The notes under the pieces are model-generated. The model worked only from the letters and a program-made list of their open reading frames with translations. It ran no database searches and had not been told where the DNA came from. Shown here one piece after another: positions 49,522 through 58,524 of a DNA stretch of 64,000 bases. Each line of letters opens with the position of its first letter. The first letter of the stretch is position 1. The stretch comes from Cellulomonas sp. (GTDB lineage Bacteria; Actinomycetota; Actinomycetes; Actinomycetales; Cellulomonadaceae), in the NCBI GenBank assembly GCA_036786355.1, contig DAIQRI010000008.1:1919-65918 (forward strand). The letters run 5' to 3'. Both the position numbers and the translations under genes were made by a program.

Positions 49522-50391
49522 ATGGTCCGCTGGACGGTCAGCCGATACCCGAGAGGTCCACTGGTGCCCGAACGCGTCGAGAATGCCCCCGGCGTCCAGA
49601 CCCGGCGCGCGCGCCGAGCCGCCGAGGTGACCGCCGAGACCGCGGCCGACACGCGCGTCGCGAAGACGCACCCCACCCACTGGATCCCGCGCATCGCGCT
49701 GCTCTGCACGCTTGCCGGCATCACGGTCGTCCTCCCGCTGACCGACAACGTCTCGCCCGGCAACGGCACCTTCGTTGCGGGCGCGTCGGCAGCCGAAGCC
49801 CCGCTGCCCGGCACGATCGAAGCGCTCGGCGGCGCCGTCGGCACGGCGCCGCCGGCCGCGATCGCCGCGTCGGTGGCGACCTCGACCGCGGCCGAGCGTG
49901 CCGAGATCCGAGCGAACCGGTCCGAGGTGCGCGACCCGTTGCCGGGCTGCGCCGGCCAGCCCCGCTCCATGGGTGCCAACGGGCAGCTCAAGCAGAGCGA
50001 CCTGTGCACGCTCTGGGACGGCACCAACAAGCTGCGGGGCGACGCCGCGTCCTCGCTCGCCGAACTCAACCTGGCCTTCAAGGCGCGGTTCGGCCACGAC
50101 CTGTGCATCTCGAACGGCTATCGCACGATCGCCGAGCAGCGCGTCCTCAAGTCGGAGAAGGGCGGCCTCGCGGCCCTGCCCGGGCGCAGCAACCACGGCT
50201 GGGGTCTCGCGGTCGACCTGTGCCCGACCGAGACCAGCGGCCGGAGCTACGACTGGATCAAGGAGAACGCCGCCATCTACGGGTGGGAGAACCCGGCCTG
50301 GGCGCTGCCCGGCGGCAGCGGACCGTACGAGGTCTGGCACTGGGAGTACACCCGCGGCGTCATGGCGAGCGGCGAGCACTACAACTCCTGA
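49522..50391 (+). CDS. M15-family (VanY / D-Ala-D-Ala carboxypeptidase-like) peptidoglycan peptidase
   Basis: The 289-aa ORF has one N-terminal TM or signal segment. The C-terminus has the M15 zinc motifs (SNGYRTIAEQ...GRSNHGWGLAVDL...WHWEY). An alternative start is the GTG at 49564, 7 nt after GAGAGG. Confidence 0.75.
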   Translation: MVRWTVSRYPRGPLVPERVENAPGVQTRRARRAAEVTAETAADTRVAKTHPTHWIPRIALLCTLAGITVVLPLTDNVSPGNGTFVAGASAAEAPLPGTIEALGGAVGTAPPAAIAASVATSTAAERAEIRANRSEVRDPLPGCAGQPRSMGANGQLKQSDLCTLWDGTNKLRGDAASSLAELNLAFKARFGHDLCISNGYRTIAEQRVLKSEKGGLAALPGRSNHGWGLAVDLCPTETSGRSYDWIKENAAIYGWENPAWALPGGSGPYEVWHWEYTRGVMASGEHYNS

Positions 50392-50398
50392 CCCTTCA

Positions 50399-50454
50399 CC
50401 CCTAACGTCCGAGCGTTGACGTCCTATAGGACGTCAACGCTCGGACGTTAGGGG
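50399..50454. repeat. Perfect 56-nt palindrome (REP-like element, copy 2) between convergent stop codons
   Basis: CCCCTAACGTCCGAGCGTTGACGTCCTA (50399-50426) is the exact reverse complement of 50427-50454. The core TAACGTCCGAGCGTTGACGTCCTATAGGACGTCAACGCTCGGACGTTA is identical to that of copy 1. Confidence 0.95.
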
Positions 50455-50476
50455 GCTTGGGGGGTTCGGGTCACCC

Positions 50477-51391
50477 TTACAGGAGGGTGGCGCCCCAGGT
50501 GACCGTGTGGGTCTCGTTGGGGCGCAGGTCTACCAGGCGGTCGCCGGTGCGGAAGGCGTTCGCGAGGCAGTTCATCGGCTCGGCCGCGAGGCCCGTGCGG
50601 CGGGCGGCGACGTTGCTCACCGCATCCCCGGTGCAGACCTGCCAGGTGTCCATCGAGTCGTCCATCCAGACGGCGGCGATCCTTCCATCGGGCGCGGCGA
50701 GCTGCATCCAGGACAGCCCGTCCGTGTCCCGCAGGACGTCGAGGTACGCGTCGTCGAGCGCGATGCCGCGCAGCGATCGGGGGCTGCGGAAGTCGAGGTC
50801 GCCGGTGGCGGGCTCGGTTCCGGTGGGCAGCAGGCGGTCGTCGGTGGTGACGCGAGTCTTCGCGTCCAGCCGCAGGGTGCAGTCGTCCAGGGCGGCGCCG
50901 GCGGGGGAGAGCCACGGGTGGAAGCCGACGCCGTACGGCGCCCCGCTGATGCCCTCGTTGGTCGCGGTGGTCCGCACCTGCAGCCCGCCGTCGGCCAGTG
51001 TGTAGGTGACCCGGAAGCGCAGGGCGAACGGGTACCCGGGGGTCGGCACCAGCGCGAGCTCGAGGGTGACCGAGGCGGCGTCGTGCGCGGCGAGCGTCCA
51101 GCGCTCCCAGCAGGCGAGGCCGTGCAGCGCGGTGGCGCGCTCGGGCTCGGTGATCGGGAGCTGGTAGTCGACGAGGTCGTAGGTGTACCGGCCGTCGGCG
51201 AGGCGGTTGGGCCACGGCAGGAGCACCGCGCCGTTGAACGCGGGGGCGATCTCGTCCTCGCCGAACGAGGTGACCACGTCCCGGCCGCCGACGGCGTACT
51301 CGCGCAAGCCGGCTCCGACCTCGGTGATCGTGGCGTGGTGCTCGCCGTGGGAGATGCGGAACTGGGCGCCCGACGGCGCGTTGCTGGTCAC
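50477..51391 (-). CDS. Aldose 1-epimerase family protein
   Basis: It is part of ORF 50477..51490(-), with a likely GTG start at 51391 (VTSNAPSGAQFRISHGEHHATITEVGAGLREY). Epimerase-like blocks are present (LLPWPNRLADGRY, ALHGLACW, GFHPWL). Confidence 0.75.
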   Translation of the reverse strand: MTSNAPSGAQFRISHGEHHATITEVGAGLREYAVGGRDVVTSFGEDEIAPAFNGAVLLPWPNRLADGRYTYDLVDYQLPITEPERATALHGLACWERWTLAAHDAASVTLELALVPTPGYPFALRFRVTYTLADGGLQVRTTATNEGISGAPYGVGFHPWLSPAGAALDDCTLRLDAKTRVTTDDRLLPTGTEPATGDLDFRSPRSLRGIALDDAYLDVLRDTDGLSWMQLAAPDGRIAAVWMDDSMDTWQVCTGDAVSNVAARRTGLAAEPMNCLANAFRTGDRLVDLRPNETHTVTWGATLL

Positions 51392-51745
51392 CCGGACACG
51401 GTAGGCGCGCGGGCGGCCGGGCGAAAACGCGCGGTGGCGGTGCGGGCCGGACGATCCACGACCGTGCGCCGGACCGGCGAGCGTGCTCACCCTCGGCGCG
51501 GCCCAAGCTTTTGCACGGGCTTTCGCACATCGTGTGGATGAAGCCGCTGTTTCCTTCGGTTATCCCCACCTAGATGCCGTTTGCCACAGATAACCCGTCG
51601 GCAACTCCGCGATCACACGCCCGTGTCCGGCCGGATCACGCACGAAACACCCCACAACGCGCCGTCCGGACTTCATCCCTAGCCACGATTCGATGCCATT
51701 GGCAAGGGTTTGTTTTCATCCTGTGCATAAGGAGCGCGTTTTCCA

Positions 51746-51761
51746 CAGTTACTCGTAACTG
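51746..51761. promoter_or_regulatory. Short perfect inverted repeat CAGTTAC-TC-GTAACTG in the AT-richer region upstream of tadA
   Basis: The 7-bp arms lie at 51746-51752 and 51755-51761, about 75 nt upstream of the tadA start codon. No function has been tested. Confidence 0.3.
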
Positions 51762-51833
51762 GGTGCGCTTTGTCGTGATCCTCCCCTACTGTCACGTCCA
51801 CCGCAGAATCTTCCGCACACGAGGGGAACGGGC

Positions 51834-53060
51834 ATGGACGGCGTGGTCATCCTGGAGAACGAGGTCCGCGAGCTGATCCGTCGCCGCGGCCTGGATCCCG
51901 TCCGCGACCACCAGGGCATCCGCGACCTGGTCTCGGACGTCGTCGCCGACTACGACGAGCGATCCCTCCTCGGCACCGTCCCGCCGCTCACCGACCCCTC
52001 GGCCGCGATGAAGGCCGTGGTCGACGCCGTCGCCGGCCTCGGCCCGCTGCAGCGGTACCTGGACGACGACGAGATCGAGGAGATCTGGATCAACGCGCCC
52101 GCGCAGGTGTTCGTCGCGCGGCACGGCGAGCCGGAGCTCACCACCACCATCCTGTCGACCGGGCAGGTCCGGGACCTGGTCGAGCAGATGCTGAAGGTGT
52201 CCGGCCGCCGCCTCGACCTGTCCAGCCCGTTCGTGGATGCCTCACTGCCCGGCGGCGAACGGCTGCACGTGGTGATCCCCGACGTCACGCGCCAGCACTG
52301 GGCCGTCAACATCCGCAAGTACGTGGTGCGCGCGAACCACGTCAACGACCTCGTGGCGCTCGGCTCGCTCACCCCGCACGCGGCGACTTTCCTGGACGCG
52401 GCGGTCGCCGTCGGGCTCAACGTCCTCGTCGCCGGATCGACCCAGGCCGGCAAGACGACGATGCTGAACGCTCTCGCGGGCTCGATCCCCGCGCGGGAAC
52501 GCATCGTGACCTGCGAGGAGGTCTTCGAGCTGCGCGTACTGCACCGCGACGTCGTCGCGCTGCAGTGCCGCCAGCCGAGCCTGGAGGGCACCGGCGAGAT
52601 CCCCCTGCGCCGCCTGGTCAAGGAGGCACTGCGGATGCGGCCCAGCCGCATCCTCATCGGCGAGGTGCGCGAGGCCGAGGCGCTCGACATGCTCGTCGCA
52701 CTCAACGCGGGCGTCCCCGGGATGTGCACGATCCACGCGAACAGCGCGCGCGAAGCGCTGACGAAGATCTGCACGCTCCCGCTGCTCGCGGGGGAGAACG
52801 TCTCGGACCGTTTCGTGGTCCCCACCGTGGCGGCCGCGATCGACCTCGTGCTCTACCTCCAGGTGGACCACCGCGGCCTGCGCCGGGTGCGCGAGATCGT
52901 GGGCGTGCCCGGCCGCGCCGAGGCGGGCGTGGTCGAGACCGCCGACCTGTTCCACGTCGTCGGCGACGAGCTCGTGCGCGGCGAGGGCTACCCGCCGCAC
53001 CCCGAGCGGTTCGCCCGCGTCGGGATCGACCTGCCTGCGCTGCTGCGCGGCGAGCGCTGA
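51834..53060 (+). CDS. tadA: TadA/CpaF-family type II/IV secretion ATPase
   Basis: The 408-aa ORF has Walker A (GSTQAGKTTMLNAL), Asp and His boxes, and Walker B (RILIGEVREAEALDML). Confidence 0.9.
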   Translation: MDGVVILENEVRELIRRRGLDPVRDHQGIRDLVSDVVADYDERSLLGTVPPLTDPSAAMKAVVDAVAGLGPLQRYLDDDEIEEIWINAPAQVFVARHGEPELTTTILSTGQVRDLVEQMLKVSGRRLDLSSPFVDASLPGGERLHVVIPDVTRQHWAVNIRKYVVRANHVNDLVALGSLTPHAATFLDAAVAVGLNVLVAGSTQAGKTTMLNALAGSIPARERIVTCEEVFELRVLHRDVVALQCRQPSLEGTGEIPLRRLVKEALRMRPSRILIGEVREAEALDMLVALNAGVPGMCTIHANSAREALTKICTLPLLAGENVSDRFVVPTVAAAIDLVLYLQVDHRGLRRVREIVGVPGRAEAGVVETADLFHVVGDELVRGEGYPPHPERFARVGIDLPALLRGER

Positions 53061-53076
53061 GCGGGCGGGCGCGGAC

Positions 53077-53937
53077 ATGGGTGTCGTGATCGGACTGTTG
53101 CTGGGGGCCGGGCTGTTCTGCGTCTGGTGGTCGTGCTGGACCCCGGGAGCCCGCCGGCCGGCACGGCCCAACGGGTGGGCCGAGCGCACCCAGGACCTCC
53201 TCGTCCAGGCCGGCGCCCCGACCGTGACGCCCCGCGCGCTGTGCGCCACGTCGGCCGGGGTCGCGGTCCTGGTGCTCCTCGCCGGTTCCGCGCTGAGCGG
53301 GTCGCCCGCGATCGCGGCGTGCTTCGCGGGGATGGCCGCGGGCGCCCCGATGGCCCTGGTCCGGTCGCGTGCCCGACGGCGCCGCACGGCCCTGCGGGAC
53401 GTCTGGCCGGAGGTCGTCGACCACCTCGGATCGGGCGTGCGGGCCGGGCTCTCGCTGCCCGAGGCCGTCGGCCAGCTGGGGGACCGCGGCCCCGTCGAGC
53501 TCCGCGAGATGTTCCGGGCTTTCGCGGAGGACTACCGGGCGTCGGGCCGGTTCGGGGACTGCCTCGACGCCCTCAAGGCGCGCCTGGCCGACCCCGTCGC
53601 CGACCGCATCGTCGAGGCGCTGCGCATCACGCGCGACGTCGGCGGCACCGACCTCGGACGGCTGCTCCGCACGCTGTCCGCCTTCCTGCGCGAGGACGCC
53701 CGGACCCGCGGCGAGCTCGAGGCGCGCCAGAGCTGGACCGTCAACGCGGCGCGCCTCGCCGTCGCGGCACCGTGGATCGTGCTGGCGCTGCTTGCCACCC
53801 GCCCGGAGGCCGCGGACGCGTTCAACACCGTCACCGGCGGGGTCGTCCTGGTCGCGGGTGCGGTCTGCTCGGTGGTCGCCTACCGGCTCATGGTGCGCAT
53901 CGGCCGGCTCCCCGAGGAAGCCCGGGTGCTCCGGTGA
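53077..53937 (+). CDS. tadB: TadB-like type II secretion system F-family membrane protein
   Basis: The 286-aa ORF has an N-terminal TM helix, a cytoplasmic T2SSF-like domain and C-terminal TM helices. It lies immediately after tadA. Confidence 0.75.
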   Translation: MGVVIGLLLGAGLFCVWWSCWTPGARRPARPNGWAERTQDLLVQAGAPTVTPRALCATSAGVAVLVLLAGSALSGSPAIAACFAGMAAGAPMALVRSRARRRRTALRDVWPEVVDHLGSGVRAGLSLPEAVGQLGDRGPVELREMFRAFAEDYRASGRFGDCLDALKARLADPVADRIVEALRITRDVGGTDLGRLLRTLSAFLREDARTRGELEARQSWTVNAARLAVAAPWIVLALLATRPEAADAFNTVTGGVVLVAGAVCSVVAYRLMVRIGRLPEEARVLR

Positions 53938-54866
53938 CCGGGGTCGTGCTGGGGTCCGTGATCGGCGCGGTCGGCGGGGTCGGGCTGCTGCTCGTCGCCT
54001 GGCGCCTGGACGCCCGCCGGGTCCGCTTCGAGGACCGTCTGGCCCCGTACCTGCGGACCCCGCGCACGGGATCCGGCCTGCTCGGCGGCTCCGACGCGCG
54101 CACACCCTTCCCGACCCTCGAGCGCCTGATCGCCCCGGTCATGGCCGACGGCGTGCGCCTGGTCACCCGGCTCGGCTCGCCGTCGGCGGAGCTCCACCGC
54201 AAGCTCCAGCGTGCGGGCCGGCCCGAGTCGGTCGAGCAGTTCCGCGCCGCCCAGGTGGTCTGGGGCGTCATCGGGCTCGCCGCCGGCCTCGCCCTGGCGC
54301 TCGCGATCGCGGCAGGTCGCGACTCGTCACCCATCGGCCTGTCGGTCCTCGTGCTGCTCTTCGGCCTCGCCGGGGTGATCGCTCGCGACCAGCTGCTCGG
54401 GCGTCACGTGCGTCAGCGCGAGGAGCGGATGCTGGCCGAGCTGCCCACCGTCGCCGAGCTGCTCGCGCTGTCCGTGGGCGCGGGGGAGGGGCCGGTCGGA
54501 GCTCTCGAGCGGGTCGTGCGGACCACCCGAGGTGTGCTGGCCGACGAGCTCGCGCGCACCCTGGCCGACGCCCGGGCCGGCACCCCGCTCACCCAGGCGC
54601 TCGAGCGGCTCGCGGACCGGACCGGGCTCGCGCCGCTCACGAGGTTCGCCGAGGGGGTGGCGATCGCCGTCGAGCGGGGCACGCCGCTGGCCGAGGTGCT
54701 CCGGGCCCAGGCGCAGGACGTGCGGGAGTCCGGGCGGCGGGCGCTCATGGAGGCCGGTGGGCGCAAGGAGGTGATGATGATGGTCCCGGTGGTGTTCCTG
54801 ATCCTCCCGATCACCGTCGCCTTCGCCGTGTTCCCCTCCCTGGCGATCCTCAAGCTCGGGCAATGA
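53934..54866 (+). CDS. tadC: TadC-like type II secretion system F-family membrane protein
   Basis: It is in frame within ORF 53127..54866(+). The GTG at 53934 overlaps the tadB stop as GTGA. The architecture parallels that of TadB. Confidence 0.75.
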   Translation: MTGVVLGSVIGAVGGVGLLLVAWRLDARRVRFEDRLAPYLRTPRTGSGLLGGSDARTPFPTLERLIAPVMADGVRLVTRLGSPSAELHRKLQRAGRPESVEQFRAAQVVWGVIGLAAGLALALAIAAGRDSSPIGLSVLVLLFGLAGVIARDQLLGRHVRQREERMLAELPTVAELLALSVGAGEGPVGALERVVRTTRGVLADELARTLADARAGTPLTQALERLADRTGLAPLTRFAEGVAIAVERGTPLAEVLRAQAQDVRESGRRALMEAGGRKEVMMMVPVVFLILPITVAFAVFPSLAILKLGQ

Positions 54867-54921
54867 CGTCTCGCCGCCTCGACGGCGGCGAGCAGGTGCA
54901 GGTCGACTCAAGGGGGCAGCG

Positions 54922-55131
54922 ATGCAACAACTGATGGTCGTGCGACGGATGGTGCGGCGCGTACACGGGAGATGGCTCGGCGGCTCCGAACGGGGTGACG
55001 TCCCCGGCTGGGTGCTGGTCACGCTGATGACCGCGGGGCTCGTGCTGGCCCTGTGGGCGATCGCCGGACCGGCCCTGAGCGGTGTCTTCTCGGACTCGAT
55101 CCAGCGTGTCTCCGGCGAGATCGGCGGCTGA
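54922..55131 (+). CDS. DUF4244-like small hydrophobic protein (candidate Flp-type pilin, divergent processing motif)
   Basis: The 69-aa ORF follows AGGGGG. It has a basic N-terminus, then GGSERGDVPGWVLVTLMTAGLVLALWAIAG. Its position after tadC matches the actinobacterial Flp/DUF4244 slot. Confidence 0.45.
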   Translation: MQQLMVVRRMVRRVHGRWLGGSERGDVPGWVLVTLMTAGLVLALWAIAGPALSGVFSDSIQRVSGEIGG

Positions 55132-55519
55132 GCGCCGCGGGCGCCTGCGCGGGGACGTCGGCGCTGCGATCGTCGACTTCGCCCTCGTAGCGGGGCTCGT
55201 CACGCTGGTGTTCGCGGCCGTCATCCAGCTCACCCTCGCGCTCCACGTGCGCAACACCCTCGTGGACTGCGCGGCCGAGGGCGCCCGGTACGCCGCCCTG
55301 GCGGACCGGAGCCCCGCCGACGGCGCCGCGCGCACCCGGGCGCTGATCGGGCTCTCGCTCGCCCCCGGGTTCGCGGACGACGTCACGGTCACCGATTCGA
55401 CGTTCGAGGGCGTGCCCGTGATCGAGGTGCGCGTGCGGGCGCCCCTGCCGGTCGCCGGACTCCTCGGCCGAGCCGGCGCGATCAGCGTCACCGGGCACGC
55501 GCTGCGGGAGGCCCGATGA
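55082..55519 (+). CDS. TadE-family pilus-assembly (pseudopilin-like) protein
   Basis: The TadE-type N-terminus reads GDVGAAIVDFALVAGLVTLVFAAVIQLTLALHVRN. The start is uncertain: the GTG at 55082 overlaps the pilin gene by 50 nt, and an alternative GTG lies at 55106. Confidence 0.6.
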   Translation: MSSRTRSSVSPARSAAERRGRLRGDVGAAIVDFALVAGLVTLVFAAVIQLTLALHVRNTLVDCAAEGARYAALADRSPADGAARTRALIGLSLAPGFADDVTVTDSTFEGVPVIEVRVRAPLPVAGLLGRAGAISVTGHALREAR

Positions 55520-55953
55520 GGCGCGACGAGCGGGGGAGCTCGGTGATCGAGTTCCTCGCCGTGACGGTCCTGCTCCTGGTGCCGATCGTGTACCTCGTGC
55601 TGGTGCTCGGCCGGCTCCAGGCCGCCAGCTTCGCGGCGGAGGGCGCCGCACGCGAGGCCGGCCGCGCGTTCACCACGGCGGCCGGGCCCGACGACGGGAC
55701 CCGGCGCGCCGTCGCGGCCGTGCACCTCGCGCTCGCGGACCAGGGATTCCGGGGCGTCGACGCCGCCGGCGCGCTCGCGCTGGACTGCTCGAGCGACCCG
55801 TGCCTCGCGCCCGGCAGCACCGTGCTGGTCCGGGTCGCCTTCGACGTCGCCCTGCCGTTCGTGCCGACGTTCGGCCGGTCGGCCGTGCCACTGTCCGTAC
55901 CGGTGAGCGCCGACCACGTCGCACCGGTCGACACCTACCGCGGGGCGGGCTGA
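55516..55953 (+). CDS. TadE-family pilus-assembly (pseudopilin-like) protein
   Basis: The 145-aa ORF begins MRRDERGSSVIEFLAVTVLLLVPIVYLVLVLGRLQAA. Its ATG overlaps the upstream stop as ATGA. Confidence 0.7.
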   Translation: MRRDERGSSVIEFLAVTVLLLVPIVYLVLVLGRLQAASFAAEGAAREAGRAFTTAAGPDDGTRRAVAAVHLALADQGFRGVDAAGALALDCSSDPCLAPGSTVLVRVAFDVALPFVPTFGRSAVPLSVPVSADHVAPVDTYRGAG

Positions 55954-55954
55954 C

Positions 55955-56479
55955 GTGCCGAGCGCACCGGCCCGCCCCGGGGCGGGCAACCTCGCCGCCG
56001 CCGTCGGGAGGCTGCGGGCCCGGCTGACCCGCGCGGGCCGCGACGCGGGGCAGATCACCCTGCTGTCGATCGCCTTCGGAGCTCTCGCGCTGCTCCTGGT
56101 GACCTCGGTCGTGTCGGCCACGAGCGTGCACCTCGAGCGCAAACGGCTGTTCACCCTCGCCGACGACGTCTCGCTCGGCGCGGCCGACGCCCTCGACCTC
56201 GACTCGTTCTACCGCGGCCGGGCCGGCGAACCGCGCACCGGCGCCGTCGTGCCGCTCACGGACGACGACGTCCGCCGCGCGGCGGCGGCCCAGCTGGCCG
56301 CGCACCCGGCCACCGACGGCCTGGAGGCCGTCACGCTCAGCCGGGCGGTCACGCCAGACGGGCACACCGCGCGCGTGACGCTCACCGCGGTCGCGCGGCC
56401 CGTGCTGCTCAGCTGGGTGACCGCGCCGTGGTCCGACGGGATCACCTTGCGCGTCACCTCGAGCGCGCGGGCCTGGTGA
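55955..56479 (+). CDS. TadE/TadG-like protein (Rv3654c-type)
   Basis: The 174-aa ORF contains [49 protein letters not shown]. It is the last gene of the tad block. Confidence 0.55.
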   Translation: MPSAPARPGAGNLAAAVGRLRARLTRAGRDAGQITLLSIAFGALALLLVTSVVSATSVHLERKRLFTLADDVSLGAADALDLDSFYRGRAGEPRTGAVVPLTDDDVRRAAAAQLAAHPATDGLEAVTLSRAVTPDGHTARVTLTAVARPVLLSWVTAPWSDGITLRVTSSARAW

Positions 56480-56516
56480 GGGGGCGGCGCCGACCCGCGC
56501 GCGCGGGCCTGTAACC

Positions 56517-57659
56517 TTGACTGCCGTGGCAGCCACCGATTTTGCGGCCGAGATCCGCACCCTCCGCAGCACCCTGGACTCGATCCGGGCGGTCAGCGAC
56601 CCCACGGCACTGCGGACCAAGATCGCCGAGCTGTCGGAGCGGGCCTCGGCCCCCGACCTCTGGGACGACCCCGACGCGGGGCAGGCCGTCACCTCTGCGC
56701 TGTCCTACGCGCAGAGCGAGCTGGACCGCGTCGAGAAGTTCGACAGCCGCCTCGACGACCTGGAGACCCTCGTCGAGATGGCCACCGAGGACGTGAGCGC
56801 CGACCTCGACGACGTCGCGAAGACGCTCGCCGAAGCGGAGGCCGAGCTCTCCTCGATCCGGGACAACCTGCGCGAGCTCGAGGTCCGCACGCTGCTCGGC
56901 GGCGAGTACGACATCCGCGAGGCCGTGGTGACCATCCGGTCCGGCGCGGGCGGCGTCGATGCCGCCGACTTCGCCGAGATGCTCATGCGCATGTACCTGC
57001 GCTGGGCCGAGCGGCACGGCTACCCGACGACGGTCCTCGACACGTCCTACGCGGAGGAGGCCGGCCTGAAGTCGGCCACCTTCGAGGTCAAGGCGCCGTA
57101 CGCGTTCGGCAACCTCTCGGTCGAGGCCGGCACTCACCGCCTGGTGCGGATCTCGCCGTTCGACAACCAGGGACGCCGCCAGACGTCGTTCGCCGCGGTC
57201 GAGGTCATCCCGCTGATCGAGACGACCGACAGCATCGAGATCCCCGAGAACGAGATCAAGGTCGACGTGTTCCGCTCGTCCGGCCCCGGCGGGCAGTCCG
57301 TCAACACGACCGACTCCGCGGTCCGGATGACCCACATCCCGACCGGCATCGTGGTGTCGATGCAGAACGAGAAGTCGCAGATCCAGAACCGCGCCGCGGC
57401 CCTGCGCGTGCTCCAGTCCCGCCTGCTGATCCAGCGCCAGGCCGAGGAGAACGCCACCAAGAAGGCCATGGCCGGCGACATCAAGGCGAGCTGGGGCGAC
57501 CAGATGCGCTCCTACGTGCTGCACCCGTACCAGATGGTCAAGGACCTGCGCACCGAGTACGAGGTCGGCAACACCTCCGCCGTGTTCGACGGCGACATCG
57601 ACGCCTTCATCGAGGCCGGCATCCGCTGGCGCCGCGGACAGGACGACCCGGCCAAGTAG
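56517..57659 (+). CDS. prfB: Peptide chain release factor 2
   Basis: The 380-aa ORF has the SPF tripeptide (RISPFDN) and the GGQ motif ([15 protein letters not shown]). The frame is uninterrupted. The start is the TTG at 56517 or the GTG at 56526. Confidence 0.95.
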   Translation: MTAVAATDFAAEIRTLRSTLDSIRAVSDPTALRTKIAELSERASAPDLWDDPDAGQAVTSALSYAQSELDRVEKFDSRLDDLETLVEMATEDVSADLDDVAKTLAEAEAELSSIRDNLRELEVRTLLGGEYDIREAVVTIRSGAGGVDAADFAEMLMRMYLRWAERHGYPTTVLDTSYAEEAGLKSATFEVKAPYAFGNLSVEAGTHRLVRISPFDNQGRRQTSFAAVEVIPLIETTDSIEIPENEIKVDVFRSSGPGGQSVNTTDSAVRMTHIPTGIVVSMQNEKSQIQNRAAALRVLQSRLLIQRQAEENATKKAMAGDIKASWGDQMRSYVLHPYQMVKDLRTEYEVGNTSAVFDGDIDAFIEAGIRWRRGQDDPAK

Positions 57660-57825
57660 CGGGCCCGCTACATAACGGACCAACTCCCGCAGATCACCCC
57701 AAATCACCGGGTGAAGAGCGCAAACAGTCGGCGTTTCTGCCCAAAAACGCCCGGTGCGTCTGCTTAGACTTTGAACCGGCCATGCTTCGCCCTTCCATGT
57801 CCCCGACAAATGGCCAACGGTTGCT

Positions 57826-58515
57826 GTGATCCGTTTCGAGAACGTGACGAAGGTCTACGCGCGCGGCGCGCGGCCAGCCCTCGACCAGGTGACCCTGGAG
57901 GTCGAGCGCGGCGAGTTCGCGTTCCTCGTGGGTGCCTCCGGGTCGGGGAAGTCCACCTTCCTGCACCTGGTGATGCGCGAGGAGCGTCCGACCGGTGGCA
58001 AGGTCTTCGTGGCCGGCCACGACCTCGCGAGGCTCTCGACCTGGAAGGTGCCGCACCTGCGCCGCCAGATCGGCGTCGTCTTCCAGGACATCCGCCTGCT
58101 CCCGAACAAGAGCGTGTTCGAGAACGTCGCGTTCGCGCTGCAGGTGATCGGCAAGCCGCGGCACCACATCATGACCACGGTGCCGGAGACGCTGGAGATG
58201 GTCGGGCTCGCGGGCATGGAGAAGCGCCGCCCGCACGAGCTGTCCGGAGGCGAGCAGCAGCGCGTCGCCATCGCCCGCGCCTTCGTCAACCGGCCCACGA
58301 TCCTGCTGGCCGATGAGCCGACCGGGAACCTCGACCCGACCACCTCGCTCGGCATCATGCGTCTGCTGGACCGGATCAACCGGACCGGCACGACCGTGGT
58401 GATGGCCACCCACGACGACGAGATCGTCGACCAGATGCGCAAGCGCGTGATCGAGCTGTCCGCCGGCGAGATGGTCCGTGACCAGTCCCGCGGTGCGTAC
58501 GGCTCGGCGCGCTGA
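57826..58515 (+). CDS. ftsE: Cell division ATP-binding protein FtsE
   Basis: The 229-aa ORF begins [11 protein letters not shown]. It has Walker A (GASGSGKST), the signature (LSGGEQQR) and Walker B ([12 protein letters not shown]). Confidence 0.95.
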   Translation: MIRFENVTKVYARGARPALDQVTLEVERGEFAFLVGASGSGKSTFLHLVMREERPTGGKVFVAGHDLARLSTWKVPHLRRQIGVVFQDIRLLPNKSVFENVAFALQVIGKPRHHIMTTVPETLEMVGLAGMEKRRPHELSGGEQQRVAIARAFVNRPTILLADEPTGNLDPTTSLGIMRLLDRINRTGTTVVMATHDDEIVDQMRKRVIELSAGEMVRDQSRGAYGSAR

Positions 58516-58524
58516 GGAGTTCGT

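Noticed and set aside
56517-57659. Programmed +1 frameshift site in prfB
   Set aside because: The reading frame is continuous from the start codon, with no early in-frame UGA or CUU UGA context. This is as expected for actinobacterial prfB.
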